Assembly: GCA_037446575.1 (NCBI GenBank)
Contig: JBBIII010000004.1
Coordinates: 9,583-73,582, forward strand
Reading direction: 5' to 3'
Source of the DNA: Ignavibacteriales bacterium
Lineage (GTDB): Bacteria > Bacteroidota > Ignavibacteria > UBA10030
DNA: 64,000 nucleotides
Shown here piece by piece: positions 1-8,906 of this stretch. Each line of letters begins with the position of its first letter. The first letter of the stretch is position 1. The notes under the pieces were generated by a model. That model worked only from the letters and a program-made list of their open reading frames with translations. It was not told the DNA's origin and ran no database searches. Position numbers and translations under genes: made by a program.

Positions 1-950
1 CAAAATGATCATATGAGTTTTCTTTTGAAGAATAGTTGTCAACACTTTTTCTAACGAGGCGGTTTCCGGCAAGAAGAAAGCGTCTCGTATCACAGAATCT
101 AAAGAAAAATTTGGCTGTAAATGTATATCGTGCTTGAAAATATCTTTAGTATATACAATACCTATGATGTTATCTATAGAATCGTTAAAAACTGGAAATC
201 GGGAATACTTGTGCTTTCTCATTATTGCAATATTATCTTTTACGGGGGCATGAACAGATAAGGCAATAATTTCTTTACGCGGTACCATCGCATGCCGTGC
301 CTGCTTCCGATAAAAATCTATCGCGTTAAGTGTAATCATTTTTGTGAGAGCCGAGCCGTGATGATCATGCGTAAGAAGGAGGCGCAGTTCTTCTTCGGAA
401 TGTTTTAACTCTGATTCGGTTACAGCGTGGATACCAAATATGCGAAGTATAATATTGGCTAATTCATTCAACGACCAAATTATCGGTTTGAAAACGACGG
501 AAAAAACCTTGAGTGGATACGCCACCCAGAGTGTAACTTTTTTTGCTTCAAGTATTGCCAACGATTTAGGGGCGAGTTCGCCGAGTACGATATGAAGAAA
601 AGTAATAATCGAAAATGCGAGTCCGAATGACACTGCATGCAAAATTTCAGAAGATTTAATTCCTATGTTGAAAAACAAAGGACGTAATTTATCGGCAATA
701 AGTGGTTCGCCAATCCAGCCGAGCGCAAGACTTGTCATTGTAATACCGAGCTGAGTAGCAGAAAGGCAAGCATTTAAGTTAGTTATAAGGCTTTTAGCTA
801 TTTTTGCGCGCCAATTTCCTTTTTGAACTAATGGCTCTATTTGCGTAAAGCGCACCTTAACAATTGCAAATTCTGCCGCAACAAAAAAACCGTTTAGAAA
901 AACAAAAAATAAAATTATTAATGCGTCGAATATATATTCCCAAATACTCA
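1..950 (-). CDS. CNNM/CorC-HlyC family transporter, DUF21 transmembrane domain (CBS/CorC part lies beyond the window start); partial, 5' end at 950
   Basis: The reverse-complement ATG at 948-950 opens MSIWEYIFDALIILFFVFLNGFFVAAEFAIVKVRFTQIEP..., a typical DUF21 N-terminus ('GFF.AAE.A'). The frame stays open to position 1 and is absent from the ORF track because it runs off the edge. Confidence 0.7.
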
Positions 951-1113
951 TCTAAGCTCCAATGGTAACTGTTACAATATAATCGTTTATGATAAAGGCT
1001 TCAAGAAACGAGATAGAAGCAAAAATGTTTGTTGAACAGAACAACTATTTTATTACGCTTCTAAAATTTTTATTCAAAAATTAATTTCGCCTTTACTTGA
1101 CTGCACGACAAAA

Positions 1114-1941
1114 ATGTCGTATCGTTTTTTAGGCAATATGAAATCGGTTTATAATATACAACCCCAGAAAACTGCAGTGTTTGATATAGAATCAGGATAC
1201 AAAGATGCAAACATTCAGATACATTCCAGCAGCATCATTCGAGCATTTACCGAGGAACCCGGCAAAATTTTTCTTCTCTATGGCGAAGCTGGAATATTTC
1301 AACTTTCGCTTCAAATGGCTTCGTTTGCAATGGCAAACGGAAATTCAATAGCCGTTGTTGACGGATGCAACCGATTTGATGCGCATGCGCTTTCGCGTTT
1401 TGCGCGCGCGCGTAAAATAGACCCCGACAAGTTTTTGGAAAGAATTTTTGTCTCGCGTGGTTTCACTTGCTATCAAATAGAGCAAGCAATTACACGCAAA
1501 CTTCCATCGTTTCTTGGTAAAATTAAATCAAACACGGCATTGATTTTTGGCGTGCTCGATACGCTTTACGATGAACAGGCCTCATTGCATGAAGCTCAGC
1601 AAATCTTACAAAGGATTTTGAATGCGTTTAAAAAAATGAAATCGAAAGGCGTATCGTTATTATTAGCATGCTCTGAACGTAAAGTAGAGCCGCCCGAACG
1701 CAATCAATTATTTGTTACGCTAAAAAGCAATGTTGATCGTGTGTATAAATTCGATATAGATAACAATGGCGCGCTTCGACTTTATTTAGAACCGCATCGA
1801 CTAGAACAAAATATCACAAAAGGAGCGTTAAGCAATGGGACGAACAGTGCCAACCTTTACCAATCTGATAGACGCAGAGCTAACAAGCTGGTCAAAGTTC
1901 CGGCGCGGACTGCGCAAAGAAGATCAGGATGTGTTCGATGA
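1114..1941 (+). CDS. RecA-fold protein with a degenerate P-loop (ImuA/SulA-like, ATPase-dead); 3' end uncertain
   Basis: The 275-aa ORF has 'FLLYGEAGIFQLSLQMAS' where RecA/RadA/KaiC proteins carry GxxGxGKT, so the Walker-A lysine is missing. It also has a RecA-like 'SIAVVDGCNRFDAHALSRFARARKIDPDKFLERIFVS' segment and a Walker-B-like 'ALIFGVLDTLY'. The last ~40 aa (…SDRRRANKLVKVPARTAQRRSGCVR) are Arg-rich and low-complexity, and overlap the next ORF, which has its own SD. Confidence 0.5.
   Translation: MSYRFLGNMKSVYNIQPQKTAVFDIESGYKDANIQIHSSSIIRAFTEEPGKIFLLYGEAGIFQLSLQMASFAMANGNSIAVVDGCNRFDAHALSRFARARKIDPDKFLERIFVSRGFTCYQIEQAITRKLPSFLGKIKSNTALIFGVLDTLYDEQASLHEAQQILQRILNAFKKMKSKGVSLLLACSERKVEPPERNQLFVTLKSNVDRVYKFDIDNNGALRLYLEPHRLEQNITKGALSNGTNSANLYQSDRRRANKLVKVPARTAQRRSGCVR
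1820..1825 (+). promoter_or_regulatory. Shine-Dalgarno AAGGAG 9 nt upstream of the ATG at 1835
   Basis: The sequence aaAAGGAGcgttaagcaATG is visible directly. Confidence 0.5.
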
Positions 1942-2089
1942 AATTTTCCGTGCGGCAAAATTGCACCTTGCTGAAAATTTTTATGCTATGCGCGCAGTGC
2001 CGTTCGAAAGTATGATGATGTCGATTATAATCGAACAGCAAAAAAAGATTAAGAAATTGGAAAAAGAAGTCGAGAGATTGAGATGTTGA
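1835..2089 (+). CDS. Small hypothetical protein (84 aa) with a C-terminal coiled coil, in the ImuA-like/PolB cassette
   Basis: The ORF is preceded by the SD at 1820-1825. Its sequence is non-repetitive with a K/E-rich helical tail (QQKKIKKLEKEVERL). It overlaps the 3' tail of the 1114..1941 ORF in another frame. Confidence 0.4.
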   Translation: MGRTVPTFTNLIDAELTSWSKFRRGLRKEDQDVFDEIFRAAKLHLAENFYAMRAVPFESMMMSIIIEQQKKIKKLEKEVERLRC

Positions 2090-2222
2090 GATAATAAGAG
2101 TTTTCAGTAGTTGAGCCTATGAGTATTTGGGAATAATATGCACTACAGAGTTTTTATGATAATTATTCGTCAGATGTTGCGGTATTTAATAAGAATTTTG
2201 AGGAGTACTTAGGATTAATTTC

Positions 2223-4565
2223 ATGCTTCAATCCGCAATCTACAATCAAAAATTGCAGATCAAAAATCGTCAATCCATTTCTGCTTGGTTATTTGATGTT
2301 TATCCAAACGAACATGGCGTTACGCTTTGGTTTATAGATATGCAGGGAAATCGGTTGCGGTTCACACGTTCCTTCACACCCTCTTTTTTTCTGCATCTTA
2401 ACGCAACGGATATCAAACGCGCACAGGTTCTTATTCATTGTTCTCCTGTTCCCATTTCGCTCAAGTCGGCAACCCGCACTGAAATTTATTCGGGCGATTC
2501 AGTAAATGTGTTGCAGGTCTTTGTTCACAATCCGCTAAAATTTCGGGAAGCTGTATGGCATTTTGAAAAATTCTTTCCTCATTTTGCTTTCTTTAATTCA
2601 GACGTAGCGGTTGAACAGCAATTTTTGTACGAAACTCAATTATTCCCGCTCGGAATGTGCGAGGTTGAAGTCAACGAAAGAAACGAATTGCTTTCATGGC
2701 AATTGACCGACAACCGTGAAGCTTATGAATACGAACTTCCACCGCTTTCTATAATGCAATTGCGTAACAGCAACGATTTCGTTCCGCCGAAGTATCAGAA
2801 GTTTTTGCAGTTGGAAATCAGTTACGACGGACGAACGTATGCGTTGGAGCAAAACACGCCGCAAGAATTATTAGAATCATTCAACTGGCACCTATACCGA
2901 TGCGATCCCGATCTGCTTGTAACTGATTACGGCGATTCGGTGCTGATGCCAAAAATTGTCCAACTTGCAAAGCAGTATAATGTTCCGTTGCTTCTCAACC
3001 GCGATACTGCGGCGGCGTATCGCACAACAAAAGAATCTAGTTTTTTTCAGTACGGAAAAATTGTTCACAAGGATGGCGCTTTTACGCTTGCCGGGCGCTG
3101 GCATGTGGACGCGCATAATTCTTTCACAGTTACAGAAGCTGATTTAGAGGGATTGTTCGAGATGACACGTCTAACTCAAATGTGCGGTCAGCGGCAAGGG
3201 CGTGCAAGCATCGGTACTTCTATGTCTTCAATGCAACTTTCATGGGCTTATAGGAACAAAGTTTTGATTCCATCCAAAAAGCGCGAGCCGGAGGAATTCA
3301 AATCCGCCGCCACGCTTCTGCTTGCAGATAGAGGCGGACTTATTTTTAATCCGCCGCTCGGTTACCACGAAGAAGTTGCGGAATTAGATTTCGTTTCGAT
3401 GTATCCGAGCATTATGGTAAATCACAACGTCTCGCCAGAAACAATAAATTGCAGATGTTGCCGTAATAAACGAGTGCCTGAGCTTGATTATACAATTTGC
3501 GAAAAACGAATCGGTGTTGTGCCGGATACACTGCGCGCTGTAGTTGCCAAGCGTGCATACTACAAGCAGAAGAAAAAAGAATTCAAGGGAAAAGATGATG
3601 CGCTTTTTAAGCGTTATGACTGCAGACAAAACGCTCTCAAATGGATGCTTGTGAGCTGTTTTGGTTATCTTGGTTATAAGAACGCGCGCTTCGGCAGAAT
3701 AGAAGCGCATGAATCCATCAACGCATTTTCGCGCGATATGATTCTTATTGCAAAAGAAATTGCCGAAAGTCGCGGCTTTCAACTTCTTCACGCTATTATA
3801 GATTGTGTATGGCTTAAGAAACCGGGCGCAACTCAAACCGATTATGAAGAACTTGCACGCGAAATATCCACGCGAGTCGGAATAGATATTTCACTTGAAG
3901 GAATTTACAACTGGATACTTTTTCCCGCTTCAAAAACAGACCCTTACATAACAACAACAAATCATTATGTAGGATGGTATAAACATGGCGAAATAAAAAT
4001 GCGCGGTGTTGAAACACGCCGGCGCGATACTCCAAAGTTTATCAAAAACATGCAGAAATCTATGTTAGATAAAATGTCTACAGCTAAAAATACTGAAGAA
4101 CTCTCTTCGCTTGTTCCAGAAGTTTTAGAAGTAGCGCAAAACTTTATCTCAATTTTGCAAAGCGGCAGAGCTAACCCAATGGAGTTAGTGCTTAAGCGGC
4201 ACATCACCCGCGAAGCAGATGAATATCTCAACAACAGCATCAGCGCTATTGTCTCAAAAATGGTGGAAGATATGGGTGTGCATCTTTCGGCGGGAGAATC
4301 AATCGAATTCATAATACTCGACCAATCCGGTAAAAAGAAGCCCGAAAAAGCCAAACCGATTGCTCTTTACGCTTTTGAAGACGGCTACGACATCGAACAA
4401 TACACCGAGATGACTTTGCGCGCTATAGAAACCCTTTTACTGCCATTTGGATATGATGTTGAAAGACTAAAAACCCACTACAGCATTGGCAACAAGCCAA
4501 AGCGAAAGAAGATTGCTTCAACATCAAAAAAGCGCGAATTGCCGTTGTTTCAGATACAAATTTAG
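2223..4565 (+). CDS. polB: Family-B DNA polymerase (E. coli Pol II-like) with apparently inactivated 3'-5' exonuclease motifs
   Basis: Motif A is DFVSMYPSIMVNHN (DxxSLYPS). The motif B region is KWMLVSCFGYLGY. Blocks 'RAQVLIHC', 'YNVPLLLNRD' and 'VWLKKPGA' align to E. coli Pol II. The positions of Exo I (…SIMQLRN… instead of …SIDIET…) and Exo II (…DSVLMPKI… instead of …NxxxFD…) lack the acidic residues. There is no canonical YGDTDS; the best candidate is HAIIDCVWL. Confidence 0.8.
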   Translation: MLQSAIYNQKLQIKNRQSISAWLFDVYPNEHGVTLWFIDMQGNRLRFTRSFTPSFFLHLNATDIKRAQVLIHCSPVPISLKSATRTEIYSGDSVNVLQVFVHNPLKFREAVWHFEKFFPHFAFFNSDVAVEQQFLYETQLFPLGMCEVEVNERNELLSWQLTDNREAYEYELPPLSIMQLRNSNDFVPPKYQKFLQLEISYDGRTYALEQNTPQELLESFNWHLYRCDPDLLVTDYGDSVLMPKIVQLAKQYNVPLLLNRDTAAAYRTTKESSFFQYGKIVHKDGAFTLAGRWHVDAHNSFTVTEADLEGLFEMTRLTQMCGQRQGRASIGTSMSSMQLSWAYRNKVLIPSKKREPEEFKSAATLLLADRGGLIFNPPLGYHEEVAELDFVSMYPSIMVNHNVSPETINCRCCRNKRVPELDYTICEKRIGVVPDTLRAVVAKRAYYKQKKKEFKGKDDALFKRYDCRQNALKWMLVSCFGYLGYKNARFGRIEAHESINAFSRDMILIAKEIAESRGFQLLHAIIDCVWLKKPGATQTDYEELAREISTRVGIDISLEGIYNWILFPASKTDPYITTTNHYVGWYKHGEIKMRGVETRRRDTPKFIKNMQKSMLDKMSTAKNTEELSSLVPEVLEVAQNFISILQSGRANPMELVLKRHITREADEYLNNSISAIVSKMVEDMGVHLSAGESIEFIILDQSGKKKPEKAKPIALYAFEDGYDIEQYTEMTLRAIETLLLPFGYDVERLKTHYSIGNKPKRKKIASTSKKRELPLFQIQI

Positions 4566-4654
4566 ACCGTAATAATAAATTACCTTGCAGGATTGGCGGA
4601 GAAATATTATCTTTCTCATACAAATTTCTTGTTTAAAGCATTAAGTGGAAATTT

Positions 4655-5044
4655 ATGCATAAGTTAAAACTTCAACTACTTGATGAAAAGTTTGCAATCA
4701 GTATAATGCCGCAATTTGCCGAACTGCCATCGGTATTTACAAAAGGGGAGATGTGTTTTGTAATGCGGACAGATCGAGATTTGACTATTGTATCTCCAGA
4801 ATTTATGGCGCCAAATAATGTTCAACAAGAAGTAGGTTACCGTTGTATCCGTACAAACGATCAACACCCGCTAAATAGTATTGGTATTCTATCTTCGATT
4901 ACAAATCCTTTAGCTTCTGCAGGAATTAGTGTGTTCACCGTATCAACTTTTCACACAAATTATATATTTTTACTAGAAGAACATTTAGTACAGGCGACAC
5001 AGGTATTACAGCATGCTGGACATGAATTTGTTCACGAAGAGTAA
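4655..5044 (+). CDS. ACT domain-containing protein (ACT_7-like)
   Basis: 129 aa; a βαββαβ-type small-ligand-binding domain pattern is typical of this family. Calling it a separate gene is inference. Confidence 0.55.
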   Translation: MHKLKLQLLDEKFAISIMPQFAELPSVFTKGEMCFVMRTDRDLTIVSPEFMAPNNVQQEVGYRCIRTNDQHPLNSIGILSSITNPLASAGISVFTVSTFHTNYIFLLEEHLVQATQVLQHAGHEFVHEE

Positions 5045-5098
5045 AAAAAAATCGGCAACAAACAACTATCAACAAACAGTAGCGGTAGTTCTATTTTC

Positions 5099-5701
5099 TT
5101 ACTTCATTCTCTTTTTTAATTCTTCAGCAATATTTTCCAGCGTCATTCCTTGTTGACTTAAAAGAACTATTAAATGATATATTAAATCAGCAGTTTCTTC
5201 GGTCAGTCTTTTTTTATCGCTAAGCACAGCCGCAAGCGCGACTTCAACTCCCTCTTCGCCTATTTTTTGCGCAATGCGCGGAGTCCCTTCTTTGAAGAGT
5301 TTTGATGTGTACGATCCTTCTGGCAGATTTTCTTTCCTGCTCTTAATAATTTCTTCTAATCGGCAAAGAATTATTCCCACATCGGTTTTTTCATCTTCAC
5401 CAAAACAAGTAAATTGATTTGTGTGGCAAATGGGTCCGTGCGGAATAGCTTTTATTAAAAGAGAATCATTATCGCAATCTATTGATGCAGAAACAAACTC
5501 CAAATAATTACCAGAAGTTTCACCTTTTTGCCATAAACGCTGTTTAGTTCGGCTCCAGAAAGTAACTTTCTTATCGGCAAGTGTTTTCTCAAGCGCATCT
5601 TTATTCATAAAGCCGACCATCAGAACCTGATTTGTTCTCGAATCCTGTACAACTGCAGGAACAAATCCATTGAGCTTTTCGAAATTCAATTTTTCTATCA
5701 T
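5099..5701 (-). CDS. hisIE: Bifunctional phosphoribosyl-AMP cyclohydrolase / phosphoribosyl-ATP pyrophosphatase HisIE
   Basis: The HisI Zn-site 'CHTNQFTCFGE' sits in the N-terminal half and an HisE-like C-terminal half follows. It is the last gene of the his operon. Confidence 0.9.
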   Translation of the reverse strand: MIEKLNFEKLNGFVPAVVQDSRTNQVLMVGFMNKDALEKTLADKKVTFWSRTKQRLWQKGETSGNYLEFVSASIDCDNDSLLIKAIPHGPICHTNQFTCFGEDEKTDVGIILCRLEEIIKSRKENLPEGSYTSKLFKEGTPRIAQKIGEEGVEVALAAVLSDKKRLTEETADLIYHLIVLLSQQGMTLENIAEELKKRMK

Positions 5702-6453
5702 AGTCTCACCGGAATATTTTGTGAATGAAGATATGATTTTAATTCCGGAATCGGAATTTTTCCATAATGAAAAATACTTGCGGCAAGCACTGCATCTGCT
5801 TTTCCAAGAAGAATTGCATCTCTTACATGCTCCTTAGTCCCTGCGCCGCCGGAAGCAATGACTGGAACGGATATAATATTCGACAGCTCATTTAGCAAAT
5901 CTAAATCATAGCCAGATGTTGTTCCATCTCTATCCATCGATGTAACCAACAATTCTCCGGCTCCACGCTCCACAATTTCTCTTGCCCATTGAAGCGCATC
6001 GCGCCCTGTAGATTCTGTCCCGGCTTTTGTGAACACAATCCAATTTAAATCAATACGTTTTACATCAATTGCAACTACAACAGATTGAGAGCCGACTCGT
6101 TTGCTTGCTTCATTAACTAAGCTTGGTTTTGCGAGAGCGGCAGAATTTAATGAGACCTTATCAGCTCCCGCTTCTAGTGCGCGAGATACGTGTTCAACTG
6201 TACTGATTCCACCACCCACAGTGAAAGGAATTTGAATCGCTTCTGCAACACGCTCTACCATTTTTAAAAAAGTTGACCGTCCCTCTAAAGTTGCGCTAAT
6301 ATCGAGAAATACTAATTCATCTGCCCCCTCATCTGAATAACGCGCCGCTAATTCTACAGCATCGCCGGCATCTCGCAAGTTTAAAAAATTTGTCCCCTTG
6401 ACAGTGCGCCCGTCTTTTACATCCAAACATGGAATAATTCGTTTAGTCAGCAT
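5698..6453 (-). CDS. hisF: Imidazole glycerol phosphate synthase cyclase subunit HisF
   Basis: 'KRIIPCLDVKDGRTVKG' and (βα)8 phosphate-binding motifs are present. The gene overlaps hisIE by 4 nt. Confidence 0.95.
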   Translation of the reverse strand: MLTKRIIPCLDVKDGRTVKGTNFLNLRDAGDAVELAARYSDEGADELVFLDISATLEGRSTFLKMVERVAEAIQIPFTVGGGISTVEHVSRALEAGADKVSLNSAALAKPSLVNEASKRVGSQSVVVAIDVKRIDLNWIVFTKAGTESTGRDALQWAREIVERGAGELLVTSMDRDGTTSGYDLDLLNELSNIISVPVIASGGAGTKEHVRDAILLGKADAVLAASIFHYGKIPIPELKSYLHSQNIPVRL

Positions 6454-7175
6454 AAAGCTCCGTTAAATTTTGAAAGTTCCTCTAAAGGAATTTTTCCTTC
6501 ATAAATAGCTTTCCCTACAATGACTGCTGGAACATTACAATTTTTTAAATCCATTAAATCTTTTGTCGATGAAATTCCGCCGGATGCAATAAAAGTCAAA
6601 TCGGGAAATGCTTTTATCAAGTTGCTGTAGAGTTCAATATTTGCGCCGGTAAGCATTCCATCGCGCGAAATATCGGTGCAGATAAAAGTATTCGCTCTAC
6701 GTTTTTTTAAATCAAAAATAAAATCTGCCGGTGTGCGCTCGCTGTCTTCCAACCAACCGCTAATAGCAACTGATTCATTTTTAATATCCATCCCGATTAT
6801 AATTTTATCAGTTCCGAATTGATTTATCCAATACTCGACTAAGTCTGGTGACTTTGCCGCAACACTGCCAATAACAACACGCGTAACGCCAAGTTCAAGC
6901 AAGCGTTGAATGTCTTCGGTTGTTCTAATTCCTCCGCCGACTTCTATTTTTAAGTCTGGGATTGATAATAAGTTTTTTATAGAATCCCAATTAATGATTT
7001 TTTTTTCTTTTGCACCCTGCAAATCAACGACGTGCAAAAATGAGAAGCCAGATAATTTAAACTGAATCGCTCTATCATACGGCGAATCGGAATAGACAGT
7101 TTTTCGACTGTAATCACCTTGAGTTAGACGAACGCATTTGCCATCAAATATATCTATTGCTGGAATTACTAACAT
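6447..7175 (-). CDS. hisA: ProFAR isomerase HisA
   Basis: The 'MLVIPAIDIFDGKCVRL' N-terminus and 'GGGIR' are present; the gene sits between hisH and hisF. Confidence 0.9.
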   Translation of the reverse strand: MLVIPAIDIFDGKCVRLTQGDYSRKTVYSDSPYDRAIQFKLSGFSFLHVVDLQGAKEKKIINWDSIKNLLSIPDLKIEVGGGIRTTEDIQRLLELGVTRVVIGSVAAKSPDLVEYWINQFGTDKIIIGMDIKNESVAISGWLEDSERTPADFIFDLKKRRANTFICTDISRDGMLTGANIELYSNLIKAFPDLTFIASGGISSTKDLMDLKNCNVPAVIVGKAIYEGKIPLEELSKFNGALC

Positions 7176-7762
7176 AACTCTATAAAATTTTTTAGCAATT
7201 GAAGTCCGGCTTTTCCCGATTTTTCCGGATGAAATTGAACTCCATAAAAATTTTTATGTTTTATTGCAGAAGTGAACAGAACGTTATATTCTGTCGTTCC
7301 AATTGTATCTGAAACGACCGGCGCATAATAGGAATGAACAAAGTAAAAGTAATCTCCAGATTTAATGCCGGCAAATAAAGATGAACTATTTTTGTGCAAT
7401 ACCTGATTCCAACCCATATGAGGCGCTTTAATTTTGTTGTTTCCCTCATTAAATTTTTGATTTAATCCGGGAATAATTCCTAAACAGTCGGTATCGCGTT
7501 CCATTGTTCTTTTAAAAAGCAACTGCATACCAAGGCAGATACCTAAGAAAGGAACCTCTACTTCTCGTAACCAATCTTTCAACCCGGAGTTTGCGAGAGC
7601 ATTCATAGCGCTTCGTGCTTCACCGACTCCCGGGAAAAAAAGTTTTTCAGCTTTATCCAATTCGATCCTGTTGCACGAAATAAAATGTGGAACCTTCAGA
7701 CGGTTTAGCGCGTTGCTTACAGATCTAATATTTCCGGCACCGTAGTCTATTATTCCAATCAT
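7169..7762 (-). CDS. hisH: Imidazole glycerol phosphate synthase glutamine amidotransferase subunit HisH
   Basis: The class-I GATase pattern 'GICLGMQLL' and a 'HPE' catalytic triad are present. Confidence 0.9.
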   Translation of the reverse strand: MIGIIDYGAGNIRSVSNALNRLKVPHFISCNRIELDKAEKLFFPGVGEARSAMNALANSGLKDWLREVEVPFLGICLGMQLLFKRTMERDTDCLGIIPGLNQKFNEGNNKIKAPHMGWNQVLHKNSSSLFAGIKSGDYFYFVHSYYAPVVSDTIGTTEYNVLFTSAIKHKNFYGVQFHPEKSGKAGLQLLKNFIELC

Positions 7763-7808
7763 TAGTTATAAGCTTTCAGTATTCAGTTATCAGATTTCAG
7801 GTGTAAAA

Positions 7809-8906
7809 CTAAATGATTCCTTTTGTCGAAGGAATAATTTCGGATTGCTGTTCATTGCGAGATACCGCTTGCCGTAATGTTCTGGCAACCGATTTAAAAA
7901 TTGCTTCAATTTTATGGTGATCGTTTCTACCTTCAACTTTTATATGCAGATTTGCTCTAAGGCCATCAGCAAATGCTCTGAAAAAATCTTCAACAAGCTC
8001 TGTTGGAAGTTCGCCAACTTTTTCTCTATCAAATTTTGCTTCAAAGTAACAAAATGGTCTTCCGCCCAAATCAATTGCGACCTGAGCGAGAGATTCATCC
8101 ATCGGTAAAAGAAATCCATAACGTTCAATACCTTTTTTATCGCCAAGCGCTTGACGAATTGTTTCACCTAAAGCAAGCCCTGTATCTTCAACCGTATGGT
8201 GTTCATCAACTTTAAGATCTCCCTTTACAGAAATATTCATGTCAATTCCTGCATGCTTTGCGAGTTGCTCAAGCATATGATCAAAAAATCCGATTCCAGA
8301 TTTAATGTAAGACTCTCCAAATCCGTCAAGAGTAACTTCGACAACAATATCTGTTTCTTTGGTTTTGCGCTGAACAATAGCTGAACGCGATTGTTTTATG
8401 ATGAACCGACATCCATCAAGAAAACTTGTTGCTTTAAAATCCGCTTTTGTTGAATCATCTTTCGTTAATCTGATAGACTTACATCCGAGATTCTGCGCAA
8501 GCTCAACATCTGTCTCTCTATCGCCAAATACAAATGATCGTTTGATATCAACATTCTTTTCTTTAAGAAACTTATCTACAAGTCCTGTCTTAGGTTTACG
8601 GCAATTGCAATTATCTTTTGCGCTATGCGGACATATCAAAATATAAGAAAACTTAATTCCCTCGCCCTCTAGCAATCTGATTAATTTACTCTGAACGTGA
8701 TCGTATGCAGACTGCGGATATTTCGGTGTTCCTAAATTATCTTGGTTAGTAACCATCACAAGATTATAACCAGCTTGTTTAAGTAATTGCAGTCCCTGAA
8801 TTGCGCCGGGAATCATTTCCAGTTTTTCGAGCGTATCAATCTGTTCGTCAGGCGGCTCTACTATTATAGTCCCATCCCGGTCTAAAAAAACTACTCTCAT
8901 CTGCAA
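7809..8906 (-). CDS. hisB: Bifunctional histidinol-phosphatase / imidazoleglycerol-phosphate dehydratase HisB
   Basis: An N-terminal HAD phosphatase domain (FLDRDGTI…TNQ) is followed by a C-terminal IGPD domain (…KTKETDI…DEHHTVEDTG…). Confidence 0.9.
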   Translation of the reverse strand: MQMRVVFLDRDGTIIVEPPDEQIDTLEKLEMIPGAIQGLQLLKQAGYNLVMVTNQDNLGTPKYPQSAYDHVQSKLIRLLEGEGIKFSYILICPHSAKDNCNCRKPKTGLVDKFLKEKNVDIKRSFVFGDRETDVELAQNLGCKSIRLTKDDSTKADFKATSFLDGCRFIIKQSRSAIVQRKTKETDIVVEVTLDGFGESYIKSGIGFFDHMLEQLAKHAGIDMNISVKGDLKVDEHHTVEDTGLALGETIRQALGDKKGIERYGFLLPMDESLAQVAIDLGGRPFCYFEAKFDREKVGELPTELVEDFFRAFADGLRANLHIKVEGRNDHHKIEAIFKSVARTLRQAVSRNEQQSEIIPSTKGII

